From the human T2T-CHM13v2.0 reference genome, Homo sapiens, in the NCBI RefSeq assembly GCF_009914755.1, contig NC_060931.1: a DNA stretch of 64,000 bases. One strand, given 5' to 3'. Position 1 is the first letter of the stretch. Each line of letters begins with the position of its first letter. Of this stretch, positions 30,276 through 44,940 are shown piece by piece. The translations under genes and the position numbers were made by a program. The notes under the pieces are model-generated. The model was not told the DNA's origin, searched no databases, and was given only the letters and a program-made list of their open reading frames with translations.

Positions 30276-31214
30276 ATAACAGGACACAAAAATACATAAC
30301 ACAGGGCCTATGCTCTTAAGGGGATTATAATTGTTTATGGAAGAGAAAACATTCACAACCATTATGATATATTGTTGTCTCAGTCACTTTAAATTTTGCA
30401 GTGACTGCTGAAATAAGTGATACATTTTTATTATATTCATTCAAGAGTTAATTGTTGGATTAAAGAAGTCTTTTATGTACACTCACTGAATTCAATATAG
30501 AATCAACAACAGTTTTGGTCTCTGATTTGCTGTTAACTGGTAGTGAAATTATGTCTTATGTATAAGCAGACACATATATAAGTGTACTTGGAATATTTTA
30601 CATATAATGTGACTAGCAGACATTTCATTTTACAGATTTGCTAGTCAACGCTAATTTGCAGTTTTATCATCTTAATGGATGAAGGAAAAGCCCTGGGTCA
30701 GAACCTTGCCTTGTACGGAGAAGCTGACAAGGGGGAAGGGGAGAGAAGGGAGTGGTTCTACCAGCTGATTCTACTGAGAGACTGAGGCTAACATTCCTGA
30801 AAACCAGTTGATCACACCCTTCAACCTTCACTTAAGCCAAGTAATGATATAGATCTCCTTCCCATCACAGGCATACTTTCATGCTTTTAGGAAGGGGGAC
30901 AAAGAGTAAAGCAAAGAAGTCAAAGTATCAGATTCAGGAGAATCCACCTTTTCTACACTGTGAGGCTTTGAATGTTTCTCTGCTACTGTGGCTGCTGGTA
31001 CAAAAGCTAATCCTAACTGTGAGCCTGGCTAGATGATCAATGGAATGGTTTTGAATACTTCTTTTCATAAGGCGTGAAAACAAAGGCATCAATTCACAGT
31101 CTATGGAAACAACTTTTGTCAAGGGTCATAGTTCCAACTCATTTATTTAAAAAGGTCATCGAAATTAAGGCAGCAAGCAAAATTATGTTTAATGTTTTAT
31201 ACCAGTAGTATTAG

Positions 31215-31430
31215 TTTCAGATTGATCTCATACACATCAGAGACTTGCACAATCCTGGCTTCATCACTTGCTAGATGCATGACTTTGAGCATTTTACCTC
31301 TCTCTGTTCAGTTTCCCCATCTGTAAAATGGATGAAATTATCTCATAGGGATGTTTTGAAGAATAAATAAAATAAGTCATAACAGCACTTGGCATATTGC
31401 CTGGCATGTAGTAAGTATTTAATGAATGCA
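31215..31430 (+). mobile_element. MIR
   Basis: Core CAGTTTCCCCATCTGTAAAATGG. Confidence 0.75.
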
Positions 31431-31479
31431 AAGCATTACATTTATCCATTTTACATTTATAATTTGCTACTTTCTTTTA

Positions 31480-31900
31480 ATGATCATATTCTTCTTCTTC
31501 CTTTTAGTAACAGACCACCTGGTTTTAGGTGGGTGCACAATTGCCCAGCAAAAGGCTCCACTTCCCAGCTAGGCACCGACAGGTGTCTTAAGTTCTGTTG
31601 AATGGGATGTGGGCAGGAATGACGTGTGCAATTCCCCTGAAAGGAAAGGCCTGCCCTCCAGGTTCTCTCTTTCCAGCTAGGAAGTGGGAGTGGGAGTGGT
31701 GACTACCTTTGACCAAGCAACACAAACAACATCCCAGGGAAGAGTGGAGCAGGGAGAAAGGGTGCTGAGATCCTGGGGAGGTCACCCTGCCACTTCTCCT
31801 TCCTCAGGCCTCTCACCTGCTGGGACTTATATGTTTAAGAAAAATAAACTTCTATCCTGTTTAAGCTGTAATTATTTGGTTTCCGTTAAAGTGGCCAAAT
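31480..31900 (+). mobile_element. Old MaLR LTR (MLT1J/K-like)
   Basis: AAATAAACTTCTATCCTGTTTAAGC 3' motif; GATGTGGGCAGGAATGACGTGTGCAATT. Confidence 0.6.
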
Positions 31901-32300
31901 TAACCTTCTCACTAATGCTAGCATCTTTACTCAATTTTAAATTATAAAAGTTTATAGTAAGGCATCTTGATATTTGTGGCCATTCCCTTTCATATTGATC
32001 ATCATTTACTTGACATCAAGTCCTTGTTAAAGGAAGACATCCTGCTCCTGCCCAAATTATGGCATTTCACAGGTCACAGGTGGTCTCTGGATCCAGGCAA
32101 TAGATACCTGGATGACAGTGACAGAAATCCAGACTATGTAATGGGCAGCCTGCCAGGGAGGGGGCTGGTGGGGAAGGTAACGGTGTCAGAGCACAGGGTG
32201 GGGGGGCTTGCACTCCTCCTTTAAACATAAAAATGGGCCACCCAATTTTCCAGTGGCAGGGATGGAAAACACAGGTCTCCACCCAGCAGTGTCCACCTAC

Positions 32301-32380
32301 CAGCCTGAGGTAGTTCTGCATCATCTGGAGAGGGATCATGGAGGCATAAGTCACACTACTGAGACAGCCTTCTTGAGGAC
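32301..32380 (-). CDS. CTTNBP2: CTTNBP2 exon ~12 (80 nt)
   Basis: TTTCCTACAG|GT ... CTG|GTAGGT; [26 protein letters not shown]. Confidence 0.94.
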
Positions 32381-33004
32381 CTGTAGGAAAGGACAGACGA
32401 AGAAAAATGGGTGTTCCCTTGTTAAATATAAACGATCAAAACACAACAGAATCTATCATAGAAGATGAATGTGTTTGTTGACTTATGTAGGCAGAGCTGA
32501 CATTTGGCCAGGAGGCACCAATGTGCCTTTCTGTTGTGAAAATATCCTCACACTTTGTTCTGGCTGATAAACTGCCACTGCTCCTGACCTCCCAAGAGCT
32601 CCCAGCTGTTCCTTCCTCCACCCCCTGGGATGCCCACCTACCTCCCAGCAACCATAGACAGGGCCTCCCGATCCCAGCCCAAACACTGTGCCCAGTATCT
32701 GCTGATTGCTGGGCTTGATGTTTTACAGTTCATAAGTAAAAGTTATCATAGATCATTGCAATCCTCAGAAAGCTTTAGCCTTGGCCACCGTTAGGTCCAC
32801 TGGCAATACTCGCCACCCCTCCCCCCAAGTTCTGCCATTCTCTCAATACATTGTTTGGGCCTAAAGCAATTTTCTGGGGTGGCCTCACACTTTTCTTTAA
32901 ACTTCAGTAAGTCCAGTTCAAGTAATAAAATAAATCTTTATTAGTTAAGATTGAATTTTCAGACTCCATTCCCAAGTATGGGAAATACATGATGAAATCC
33001 ATAG

Positions 33005-33230
33005 CTGTTTAGCATCAAGGGCTGAGAAATTGAGTATTCCTATACCACTTAGTGGCAGCATGACCTTAGGCAAGAATATCAATCTCTCAGAGCCTCAATT
33101 TCCTTGGATATAAAATAGGGATAAGCAGAAATGCATATCTCATTGGGTTATGAGAATTAAATGATTTGATACTTATAGTATGCTATAAACAACAGGGTCT
33201 AGCACATAGCAGGTGCTCACTAAACATTAG
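33005..33230 (+). mobile_element. MIR
   Basis: TGACCTTAGGCAAG...GAGCCTCAATTTCC...GAGAATTAAATGA. Confidence 0.7.
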
Positions 33231-33620
33231 CCTGTACCATCGTGATCATCGTATTAAGCATTATTAAGCACAGTAAAAAAAAAAAAAAAAAAAAAAAGAC
33301 ATTTCTCTTTTAACACAGTCTCTGTCACTCTCTTATCAGCATGCCAGTTTGGCCTCTGGTTTACTTCCAGTGAGTGATGCAATCAGAATGACAGGCATCA
33401 ATGATCCAGACAGACATTACCATGGGTGTCAAGAACATAGCTTTTGAGTTTTCCTCCCCTTAATCAAACATTTTAAAAACATCTAATTACCTAGTGGTGG
33501 AACTCACATGTGCGTGGCTAGAAGACATGGGATGAAACGTGAAGATTTAAGAACTGGTGCTCTGAGGCAGCCATGAAGCAAACACTCTTTAAACGTCACC
33601 TTAGTTAGGGACATCCTTAC

Positions 33621-33716
33621 CTGACAAAAGCACAGTGATGTGCTCTGCCTTATTCTTCCTCATAAAGTCCCACGGGGACTGCGCGAAGCTCTGACCCACT
33701 GACCACGGCACATTTC
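33621..33716 (-). CDS. CTTNBP2: CTTNBP2 exon ~11 (96 nt)
   Basis: AACTAG|GA ... TCAG|GTAAGG; [31 protein letters not shown]. Confidence 0.94.
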
Positions 33717-34863
33717 CTAGTTTCAAAAAATGAAATAAAATGTCAAGGGAAGCTTATGAGTGGTTTTTCTCACAAGGGTAAACATATGCTCTCTTCTGTG
33801 AGAACCCTAAGGAATTCAGAGCTTTAATTGTCAAAGGCATGTACGGAACACATATAGGGCCACACAAGGGGTTAGCTCCCTAATGAAATTCTTGTTGAAG
33901 GTTGAAAGGAAGGCTTTCAATCTACAGACTTCTCCAAAGCAGCCCATAGGAGGGATTCAGGGAGAGATCTAGAAAGCAAATATATCCACTCAGATATTTC
34001 TAGGGTTAAGCTCTCAAGAACAAGGCTGTCCATAATCTAAAACTGTTTCAGGGTTCTTCCAAAGCTTGTTTCTCAAAGCCTGAGCACTTTGGGTGAGATA
34101 TGAGATCATTTATGATCTGGTCCCTGAGCCTCTTTCCAGCAAATTTTTAGATTCCAGGAAAAAAAAAAAAAGATAATTTCAGGTGCTCAGAACAAGGCAG
34201 GCCTTCTCCCATTGCGGGCCCTCTGCTCACTCTTGTTCTGAAAGGGTTCCACTTCATAGGTATCTTCCCTAGGGGATGATTGGTAATAAGTATTTGTTTT
34301 CATCTCTTCCTTCCACAGATCAATTCTTAAGTATCTATTCTCAGCATGCCTCCAATATACATGCACACTCACCTGTAATTGCGTTTATCTGCTGACCTGA
34401 AGTTCCTTTCATGTAGCTTAGGTTATGAATCCAGCAAACTCACTTACATACACACAATAATAACACTAATAATTACCAATTATGAAGTGGTTACAGCGAG
34501 GCACTAAACTAAGTCCTTTATCCACAAAACTCAACGATTTTTCGATGTGAAATGCTACTAGGGTGCTCTATACCTCTGAGACAAGCATGAACACTGCAAT
34601 AATCAAGCCTTAGCATGCACTGTTCACAGAGGTAAACTTATCTGTTGGCAGTGAATATCCATCTGCCTTTGTCAGTTTCCACATTAGCTGAATGAAGGCT
34701 GATGGGGGGCCATTTCCTTCAAAACACAGTTGTACTGACTTTGTTTATCAGACCCTGGGCCAGAACCACAGTTTGAGTAATACTCCATGTGTGGACAAAA
34801 TGTGTTCCTAAGAACTGAATCATTTCTTAATGCAATTTTAAGTACATTATAACAATTCTATAA

Positions 34864-35157
34864 TTTTTTTTTTAAAGAGATGGGGTCTTTGTGGCTCAGG
34901 CTGGAGTGCAGTGGCTTCATCATAGCTCATTGCTGCCTCAAACTCCTGGGCTCAAGGGATCTTCCCACCTTAGCCTCCGAGTAGCTGGGACTACAGGTGC
35001 ATGTGACCGCACCCACCTAATTTTAAAAAAATTGTTTTGTAAATATGAGGTCTCAGTATGTTGCCCATGCTGGTCTTGAACTCTTGGGCTCAAGTGATCC
35101 TTCTGCCTCATCCTCCCAAAGCACTTGGATTATAGGTATAAGCCACCATGCACAGCC
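34864..35157 (-). mobile_element. Alu (J-type)
   Basis: Reverse-complement diverged Alu. Confidence 0.9.
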
Positions 35158-36180
35158 AATAATAGTAATTTTAATGATCATGCCAAAGATCCATAAAATC
35201 AAGTTGTCATGAATACTCTTCTCTAAAAACTAGTAACATGTTTTGAAAGTGAATAAACATATATGGGTAAACAGAATAAAACACTTTCTGATGTAACAAT
35301 CTGACAGATAAATAGCAATGGTAAAAAGCCCACTTTTCCCTCAACCTTGGACCTTTCTTTTCCAATACGGTGCTGTTGAAAGTACACAAGCTTTTCTATC
35401 AGACAGAATATGATTTGAATCCTGTCTGCTTTGCTCACTAGTTCTGTGCTCTCAAGCAAGTCATCTTGTACGGAGTTATCTGTAAAATGACACCACTGAA
35501 AGGACCTTTTATAAGCACCCAATACAGTCCTTGCAAAGGGGCAGATTTCCCATAGAAGGTAGTTCTCCTGGACCAAGAAGAAAGGAACTAATCAGGGACA
35601 CCTAATATTTACAGAGAACTTACTATGCTCAGCAGAAAGCAAATCTCGTAAGTTCCTTGGAATCTGTTTTGTGCTGTCTATCAAATTGAAATAACCAATT
35701 ACCACCCTGATTCATCCCATGTGGGAGCATTGAATATATCTTTATTAAAGTGCTTCTTTCAAGTCTAGACTTCATCAGAAAATCTGTCCTGGAGATAAGG
35801 TACTAATGCACTACAGTGCTCCTGGCCCAACCCAAGAACAAATTTTGAGCTGTGTTCAGTACTTGCGCAAAAGCAAGCAGCTGTGGGGTGTTTAGTTTCT
35901 TGCATTTATCTAGAATAGCAAGTGCAATCACAAAGCCTCATCAACGGCTTTCATGTTTTTTACTCTCTGAGTATTATTTGGGGCATAAAAGCATTTTTAT
36001 ATTAACAGGCAACATTACATAATGGCTACATTGTGAATACTCAAGTTTTTCAGCACCGGCAGCTGCCACAAGTAAGCTTTGAATGTGCTTAATCAATGAA
36101 CTAAGAATCAGGTTATGAAACCCACAAACATAAATAAACCCAGAAATTTCACTTTCTCTCCGTCATAGGACTGCTGATAC

Positions 36181-36456
36181 CTAGCGTGATGGATCGTATG
36201 CTTCTTGCACTGAGGCCGATGTTGGAATCAGTGGTGTTATTGCAAGTCACGTCTTCCAGACTCCACCATCCATCAGAAGAGATTGCCTGGAAATGATTTG
36301 TCAGAGCTTGACTCACTGCTTTTGAAAAATCATCCCATGATGTCTGTTTGCGGATATTTAAAGCACATATTGTGTTTTCACATTCCAAGTCATCAGAACC
36401 ATAGTTGCTTGGTTCAATCTCACCCACTGAAATCCTTAAGGGTATTTTAAGAGCAT
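36181..36456 (-). CDS. CTTNBP2: CTTNBP2 exon ~10 (276 nt)
   Basis: TTCTAACAG|AT ... CTAG|GTATCA; [27 protein letters not shown]...RSITL (ORF 36149..36427). Confidence 0.95.
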
Positions 36457-37699
36457 CTGTTAGAAGAGTAAAAGAATTAGGAGTTAAAAAAATCTGGACA
36501 GAAAAAAAAAGTAAAACTATTACATAAAATAAGCAGATATAAACATTTAAAAATTATAAACCAAAGCTATTTTATTTCATTAAATAACATTACATTGAAC
36601 GTTCTTACACTGGAGTAAACTTTTGTCTCCCAATCTCTTCAGTTTCTTTGGAAGCACGCTGCACGAACTGTCTCTTTCCTTGTATCTTTGGCTTTTTCTA
36701 TTTCATTAACTCTTTCCCATCAGCAAGATTGTCAAGTTTTAAAAAAAAAAATCTGAAAGAACTATAACCCTCCCTTGACCCTGAATTCTCTATATTCTCC
36801 TTTCCTTCATAGATAATGTCATGGATGAGGCAGGTTATAGTTGGACAGGTCGGGATGCTTAGGATAGTAACTGAGAATCATATAGACCTTGGGTTGAACC
36901 GCAGAGTCAGGGTCAGCCTCCTATAGATGCGTGTTCTTGTAAATTGATCTCTCTGTACCCCAATTTCTTCCATAAAATGGAGGGAATGTATATCGAGTTG
37001 GTGTGAAAAATAAATGAACTTACTTTTGTAATAGATTTTACATATTCTTATGTGGTAAATACCAGTAAGTATTTGATAAATGGTTAACAAGGTAGCAGGA
37101 TTTAACTTTTGAAATGTTCTTTCCAATTTCTCCGACTGAGGCTCCAGCAGAGTGGGTAGCACCCCCATCTACTTCTGTTCTCATGACTGAATTGTATGCT
37201 GAGTTACTTGTGTTTGTTTCCAAATATTCTATGTTCATTGAACTGATGACTATAATTATTGAATTAAGTATTCCATAAATTGATGAAATATGAGTTACTG
37301 TTCCTATGAAAACTAAGTTGAATCCTTTAGAGACAGTTTAGGAACTGTTAAAAAATTTTATCTAATGAGGTATAAATGGGACAACTATATGAAATTAGAA
37401 ATGGTTTAATAATCTCTGGACAGGTATTACCTTTAGTTTGCTTCATAAATGTGTTTAAGCAGTCAAACATTAGAAATCATAGATGATGCATCAAAGGTAT
37501 GTTTTTTTCAAACAAGAGTATGTGAAATTTTAATCAGTAGAACCTGTACTAAAGACCTCTATCTAAACTTTGGTAAAAAATTCCTTTGTATGCTTTAAAA
37601 TTAAAATGTTTTAAAAAAACATGTGTTTGTTTATATGATCCTCTTCTTAAACTTAGATTTTTCCATTAAGTAACCAACTGCTGGATTACTTATTTTCCA

Positions 37700-39030
37700 T
37701 TTTCTGACTCTCAGTCATCTTACTTATCCACAGTATCTGACAAAAGTGATCTCTCTTTGCTCCTTGATATACTCCTCCTGGATCTCCTGTACCTCCTCGG
37801 TCGCTCTTTAATGTTGTTCCTTTGTTGTTCTCTCCACCTTTTCCAGACTTCTTAATGATAGTGTGTTTTGGGGCTCCTTTCTCTATTTATTTTGTGCATG
37901 TTCATTCCCTTAGTGATCTCATCCAGTCCCATGACTTTAAATATCACTGATAGACTGCTGACCTTCACATTTATTCACCCAGCTCTCACTCGTCTCAGGA
38001 ATTCCTGCTGACTTGACATCTCCACACAGATATCCTAAGAGACATCTCAAATTCCTGCATCCAAATCTGAACTCCCCAACTACATGAGAAAATCTGTTTC
38101 ACTCATGGCCTTTCCCCCTAACAAGTACTGGCAACTCCATCGTGCCAGTTGGTCAGACTGAACACCTTGAATTATCAGACTGAACACCTTGAATTATACT
38201 CCCTCACACTTCACATTCAATCCATGAGGAAGTTCTGTTGACTCTACCTTCAACTGTATCCAGAACCCAAGTCCTTCTCATTACCTCATCTGCTGCATTC
38301 CTACACTGAGCCACCATAATTGTCTCTCACCTGGAATACCATATGCATGTACTAACAGCTGTTCCTGATTTATCTGTGACTTCCTATAGCTGATTCTCAA
38401 CAAAGCAGCCAGTGCTACTGTTAAAATGTGCATCAGATCCCATCTCTCCTACAATCGAACACTGCAATGGCTACCTTAAGTTCTTACAATGGCCTACGCA
38501 TTCCAACAAGATCAGGCCACGCTCCACCCTGTAACTGCTCTCCTGCACTCAAACACTGAAATGGCTACTGCTCTGACCCGTCTTCCTGCTTCTCTTTCCT
38601 TTTAACCCAGTCATCCTGCCCTCCTTGCAGTTCCTCAGACACAACAGGAATGCTGCTACCTCAGGCCTCTGTCCAACTCGTGCTAAAGCTTCTTGAACCT
38701 TAGATATCCACATAGCTGCCCTGTTCACCTCCTTCAAGCCTTGGCTTCAATGTCTCATCAGTGAGGCAAACTTGGCCACCATTTTAAAAGCTGAAACACA
38801 CCCTTTAAATCCTCATCCCCCTTAGTCTTTTCCATAGCATATCTCACCACCTCACAATGCCAAAAAATAAATTTTTCTTATATTTATTGTTCATTTTATC
38901 TCTTAATGTTAGACTATAAGCTTCAGGATGAGAACAATCTTCTTAAAAATTTTCTGACTTACATCAAGTGGCTAAGATAGTGACTGGCACAAGAGCAGCT
39001 CAATAAGCATATGTTCAATGAATTAATAAA
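37700..39030 (+). mobile_element. L2 3' region
   Basis: TGATCTCATCCAGTCCCATGACTTTAAATATCA and terminal CTCAATAAGCATATGTTCAATGAAT. Confidence 0.8.
38153..38196. repeat. Perfect 22-bp tandem duplication
   Basis: TCAGACTGAACACCTTGAATTA x2. Confidence 0.95.
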
Positions 39031-39280
39031 AAGGTGTTTATTCAATGGATGAAGAAAACTATTCTACCAGAGATTTTTTCCACTGTCTTTCCATATTATT
39101 CTCAGCTTAAAATAATCAGCTTCTATGTAACTGCACAAAACTTGTCTCCCTGTTAGCGGTAACTTCTATTTGCCAAATGCAATCGACTCTTTTTAATCCT
39201 TATAGTCTAGGGAATGTGATACTATTAAATTAATTCTTCCTGTTGGAAAGGTCTCCTAACTTGAATCCAATTACACCATT

Positions 39281-39608
39281 GTTTTCTTTTTCTTCTTCTT
39301 CTTTTTTTTTTTTTTTGAGACAGGGTCTTTCTCTGTCACCCAGGCTGGAGGGCAGTGGTGCCACCTTGACTCACTGCAGCCTTGACCTCCCTGGCTCAGG
39401 TAATCCTCTCACCTCAGCACCCATGGAGCAGACAACAGTTGGGACTACAGGCACGTGTCACCATGCCTGGCAATTTATTTTTATTTTTTGAAGAGATGGA
39501 GTTTTGCCATGTTGCCCAGACTGGTCTTGAACTCCTGGGCTCAAGCAATCCTCCTGCCTCAGCCTCCTCAAATGCTGGGATTACAGGCATGAGCCACTAT
39601 GCCTGACC
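39281..39608 (-). mobile_element. Alu (J-type)
   Basis: (TTC)n/poly-T tail then Alu body; flanks share TACACCATT. Confidence 0.9.
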
Positions 39609-40613
39609 ATACACCATTATTTTTTGGCTCTTTTCCTTCCTATTTCCCAATCTTCTTTTAGGGTCATTTTTAAAAAATATTTTCTGCCCTAAAAATGGGG
39701 GTTTCTCTGGGCTTGGCCTTCAGTTTGCTTTTCCCCTCACCCTGTATATCATTCCTGTCTCATAGCACCCCTATGACTTGAACCATGACCCTGTTCTCCA
39801 GCCCTGTGACTCCCTGGCTTGTTCAGCCCTCCTTCCCTCTTACTAGGTACCAGTCATGCTCCCCATCTATGGTATCCTGTGTATCAAGATCAAGACAATT
39901 ATTTCCCCATTACCTACATCTTACTTCCTCACTTACAATCGTTCAATTGTTCATTCATGTCCACAGGATTGCATCAAAACTTACATGGAAGATTGAGTCA
40001 AAAGGAATACAAGGCCTTTTATGACCTGACTCTAGACTTCCCATACTCATCTCCCTCCTCTCCCCAGCACTGCAGATACAGCTAAATACCTCTAAAGACT
40101 CCAAAGCACATCCCCTTCAGTGCCTCCAGATATGCTGCTAGTTCACCTGGAATGGCTCTATTTTCCACTCTTTCTTGGCTCAGCCTTTCAATTTTCACTT
40201 AAATCTTCCATAGGGAAGCTCTTACCTCCCCTATGCATATTTTTACACTTTGCCTTATTTAGTGGTACTTATAACAAATATAGGCTTGGAGTTGTATTTT
40301 TAAACTTTTACACAGATGGTTTTATATTATGTGTCCTTCTATAACTGACTTCTTCACTCAACACTTTTTTAATGTATTTCAGGTGATTTATATAGATAAA
40401 ATTTATTTTTAAGTGCTACTTGGTACCTTTAAAATATGAATTTTCTACAGTTTATTCTATTTATCCATTTCCTAATAGATTTCCATTTAGAGTGCTTTCA
40501 GTTTTCTAGTATTACACACAATGCTGCAACACACATTTTCATATGTCTCCTGATACACACATGCAAGAGTACTTCTAGCTATGTGCTTAGGCGAGGAGTA
40601 GTTTGTTGAATAA

Positions 40614-40973
<360 letters not shown>

Positions 40974-42796
40974 CCACTTACTTTCTATAGTTCATTTGCA
41001 TTCGCAGCTTTTATCATAAGCCTTATGGAAGTAATCATAATCTAAATGCATATCCTGTCTTTTTTACTTCTCTCAGATTGTCAGAATTGGAATCTTAGAA
41101 AGACCTTAAGAAATGATCCACTCTTTTGCACTCAGGTATACGAATAATTACTAACCCTATTAACAGGTGAGCAGACTGAGGTGAGAGAAGGCTAAGCACC
41201 TTGTCTAACATTACACAGACATCTGGATACTGGGATTCAGATGCCCTTTCCCTTAAATCACACTACCTAATGTCCAGTCTTCCACAGGATGTACATCTGC
41301 AAATCCTGCCAACATGTCTGAGATAGAAATTATACTCAGGTCTCCCATATCAGTCTTTATTTCATAAAGTCCTCCTTAATCCTCAATTTTAGGATTTCCC
41401 ATCCCTCTCATTATATACCATTTCCCTCTCCTCCACCCTGGTCCAACTGAGGACACATCATTAAAACTTTTTGATGCTTGATCTGTTTCCAGACTCTCTA
41501 TAGGTTGATTTGTCCCAGAAAGAGCTGCCTACAGAATTCCAAAACACCATTTGTACCACATTATGCACTATCAACAATCTCATTGGCTTATCTTTGACTG
41601 CCAATGTAAGGTCAAAACTACTGAAATGAGCATTAAACTGCCCAAAACATCAATTGCGCTGTCTCATCCTTCCAATTCCCCACCTCTAATCACACCTCTA
41701 TCCCAGCCATGCCAATATGCTTCATATTTTTCACATCTAAGATACCATAGCTATATATATTTATTCCTTCTATTTTTAAATGTTTAATATCAGAAAGTGA
41801 AATATAATTAAATGACAGCATTTACATTCCATAATAAAATTTTAGCTCAACAGAAAGTGTTCCATGTTTGTTCTTAGGTTAGCATCAGCTTGTAATAAGA
41901 GAACTATTTTAGAGAAATTCTATATAAGACACTGTTTCAGACACTGAGCAGCGATTCAAAAGTTTAAGGACCCGAAACCTAGACTTCAATGATAAATAAA
42001 GCCTTCTGTCAACCAAAAAAACCCCCTCGGGTTTAAAGAGAATTTCTATTATTCTCTTTTATATTTTATATTAAAGTATACTTACACAGTTTGCATATAT
42101 GCTTCCTTACCATTCTGAAATTTTCTTCACAAAATAAAAGTATATGAATGTATGTATTAGGTTGAAGATAAAAACATTATTTCAATTTTTAAAATGTTGC
42201 TTATCCTAAAATTGAATTACTGATACAGCTGGCTGACTGGATGGATTGGGTGATAATCTTAATATAAGAGGTCATGATGTTTTGTAAGGTCTATACTCCA
42301 CACTCATAAACCCACAAGTGAGCCTTTATAAAATGCTGAGGAGCATATACTCGTGGAGCTGGAAGGGACCCAAAAGATGATCAATTATCTTCATAGAAAA
42401 GTAGGCGACCAGGTGCTGGGAGACAACCAACTTGCCTGCCTCATACAATCAGCTGATGCAGAGTACATAGCTGGGATTTTTCATATCCTGCCAGTCTAAC
42501 ATCTAGAAAGACAATCTAAGTCAGAAGAAAAATGCAATAAATATTTAGATTGCTGTCCTAGGTCAGTAAAATACAAGGAGAAACCAGCATTACTTGAATA
42601 GCAATTAGTTCTACAAAAAGTCATTCTACACGGAAAAATAGTTAATTATCACACTTACAGTCAGTATTTTTGCCATAGCTAGGGCTCCAAAAAGGTTAAA
42701 AAGGACATGCAAAAGATGTAAATAGTTTTTCCCATTGTACCAGAGGCCCCAGCAGCATAGGGGAAAGATAAACAATAAGCTCTGAACATCACTCAC

Positions 42797-42914
42797 TCAG
42801 ATTCTCCAGCAAATGCTTGCAGTCATCAGTGGCAACATCATGCACAGTCCGATTGCACTTGTCTCTCCTTTCTGGCTCAAGCCCTCCGTGCCTACACAAG
42901 ATTTCTAGGCAGTT
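42797..42914 (-). CDS. CTTNBP2: CTTNBP2 exon ~9 (118 nt), end of ankyrin region
   Basis: TCTTTATAG|AAC ... CTGA|GTGAGT; [39 protein letters not shown]. Confidence 0.94.
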
Positions 42915-43829
42915 CTATAAAGACAAGAGCTCTATTACCTCCAAGTCCAAATGAATTAACTTGAATGCAAAACCCAAAGGAAAAGCCAGTTGCCTATAAC
43001 AATCACATCAAGAATTCATGGCTATAAATCTTATTTCAATTCCATCAACCCCAATATACAGATTAATCTTAAACTAAACAATGTCTAGAAATGCAAAACA
43101 AAGAGTGCTTATTTAAATGCAAATGATAGGATCATAACATTGTTCCACAGAACAGCTTCTTAGGTTGCAAGAAAAAAAAATAGCTTGTTAATCACTCAGT
43201 CTGCAGATTGAAATTAAGAACAAAATTAATTTCAGCAGACATTCTCCTTTTATGGTAATTTGGCAATAGAAAACAAAAAGACTTTTGCTATAACGGGATG
43301 TACTTTGCTGTCTTCTAGACTATAAATGGCTTTCCTGGTAATATAAGTGCAGGGCTCTAATTTTAACAATTCTAAGAGTCCTCATAAGCATATTTGTATT
43401 TGAGATGTTACCTTGCCATATTTTATTTGAAAAATATGCATATCATGTTGATTGAGATTTTAGAAAAACATTCCCTATAGATGTTGAAGTTATGCTACCT
43501 TTCCTTTTCAGCTTTTCCTTCTTCTGTGTTGCTTAAGGAAATCTCCATTCAAAAAGTAGAACTACGAACTGAAAAGTCTTAGTCCTCCATATTTTTTCAA
43601 ATGCAAAGTAAGAGACAATATATATACATAAATTTTCTAATAAATAAGCACATGGCAAGATGTTACATGAGGATATTTACCAAGGAACTCTCCTGTATCA
43701 ATGTTTACCACTTGATGATTTGTTGGCTAATTTCCCACAAGGCTAAGGAGAAAAATGAATAGACCAGAAAGCATGAAAAGGAACTAATAACCAAAACAAG
43801 CAATGCCCTGCCCATCACTCCTGTAAATG

Positions 43830-43852
43830 CACACACACACACACACACACAC
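43830..43852. repeat. (CA)~11 microsatellite
   Basis: Direct observation. Confidence 0.9.
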
Positions 43853-43960
43853 CCACTTGGAGGCATGGGGCTGTCTTGCAGTTCTAACAACATATTAAAC
43901 CAGGTCATCTTGTATAGCCTTTTCTTATCTTTCTGTAGCACACCCTTACATCCACTTTTA

Positions 43961-44940
<980 letters not shown>

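Noticed and set aside
32155-32206. G-rich tract as G-quadruplex (also 6216-6235)
   Set aside because: Lacks four well-spaced G3 runs with short loops
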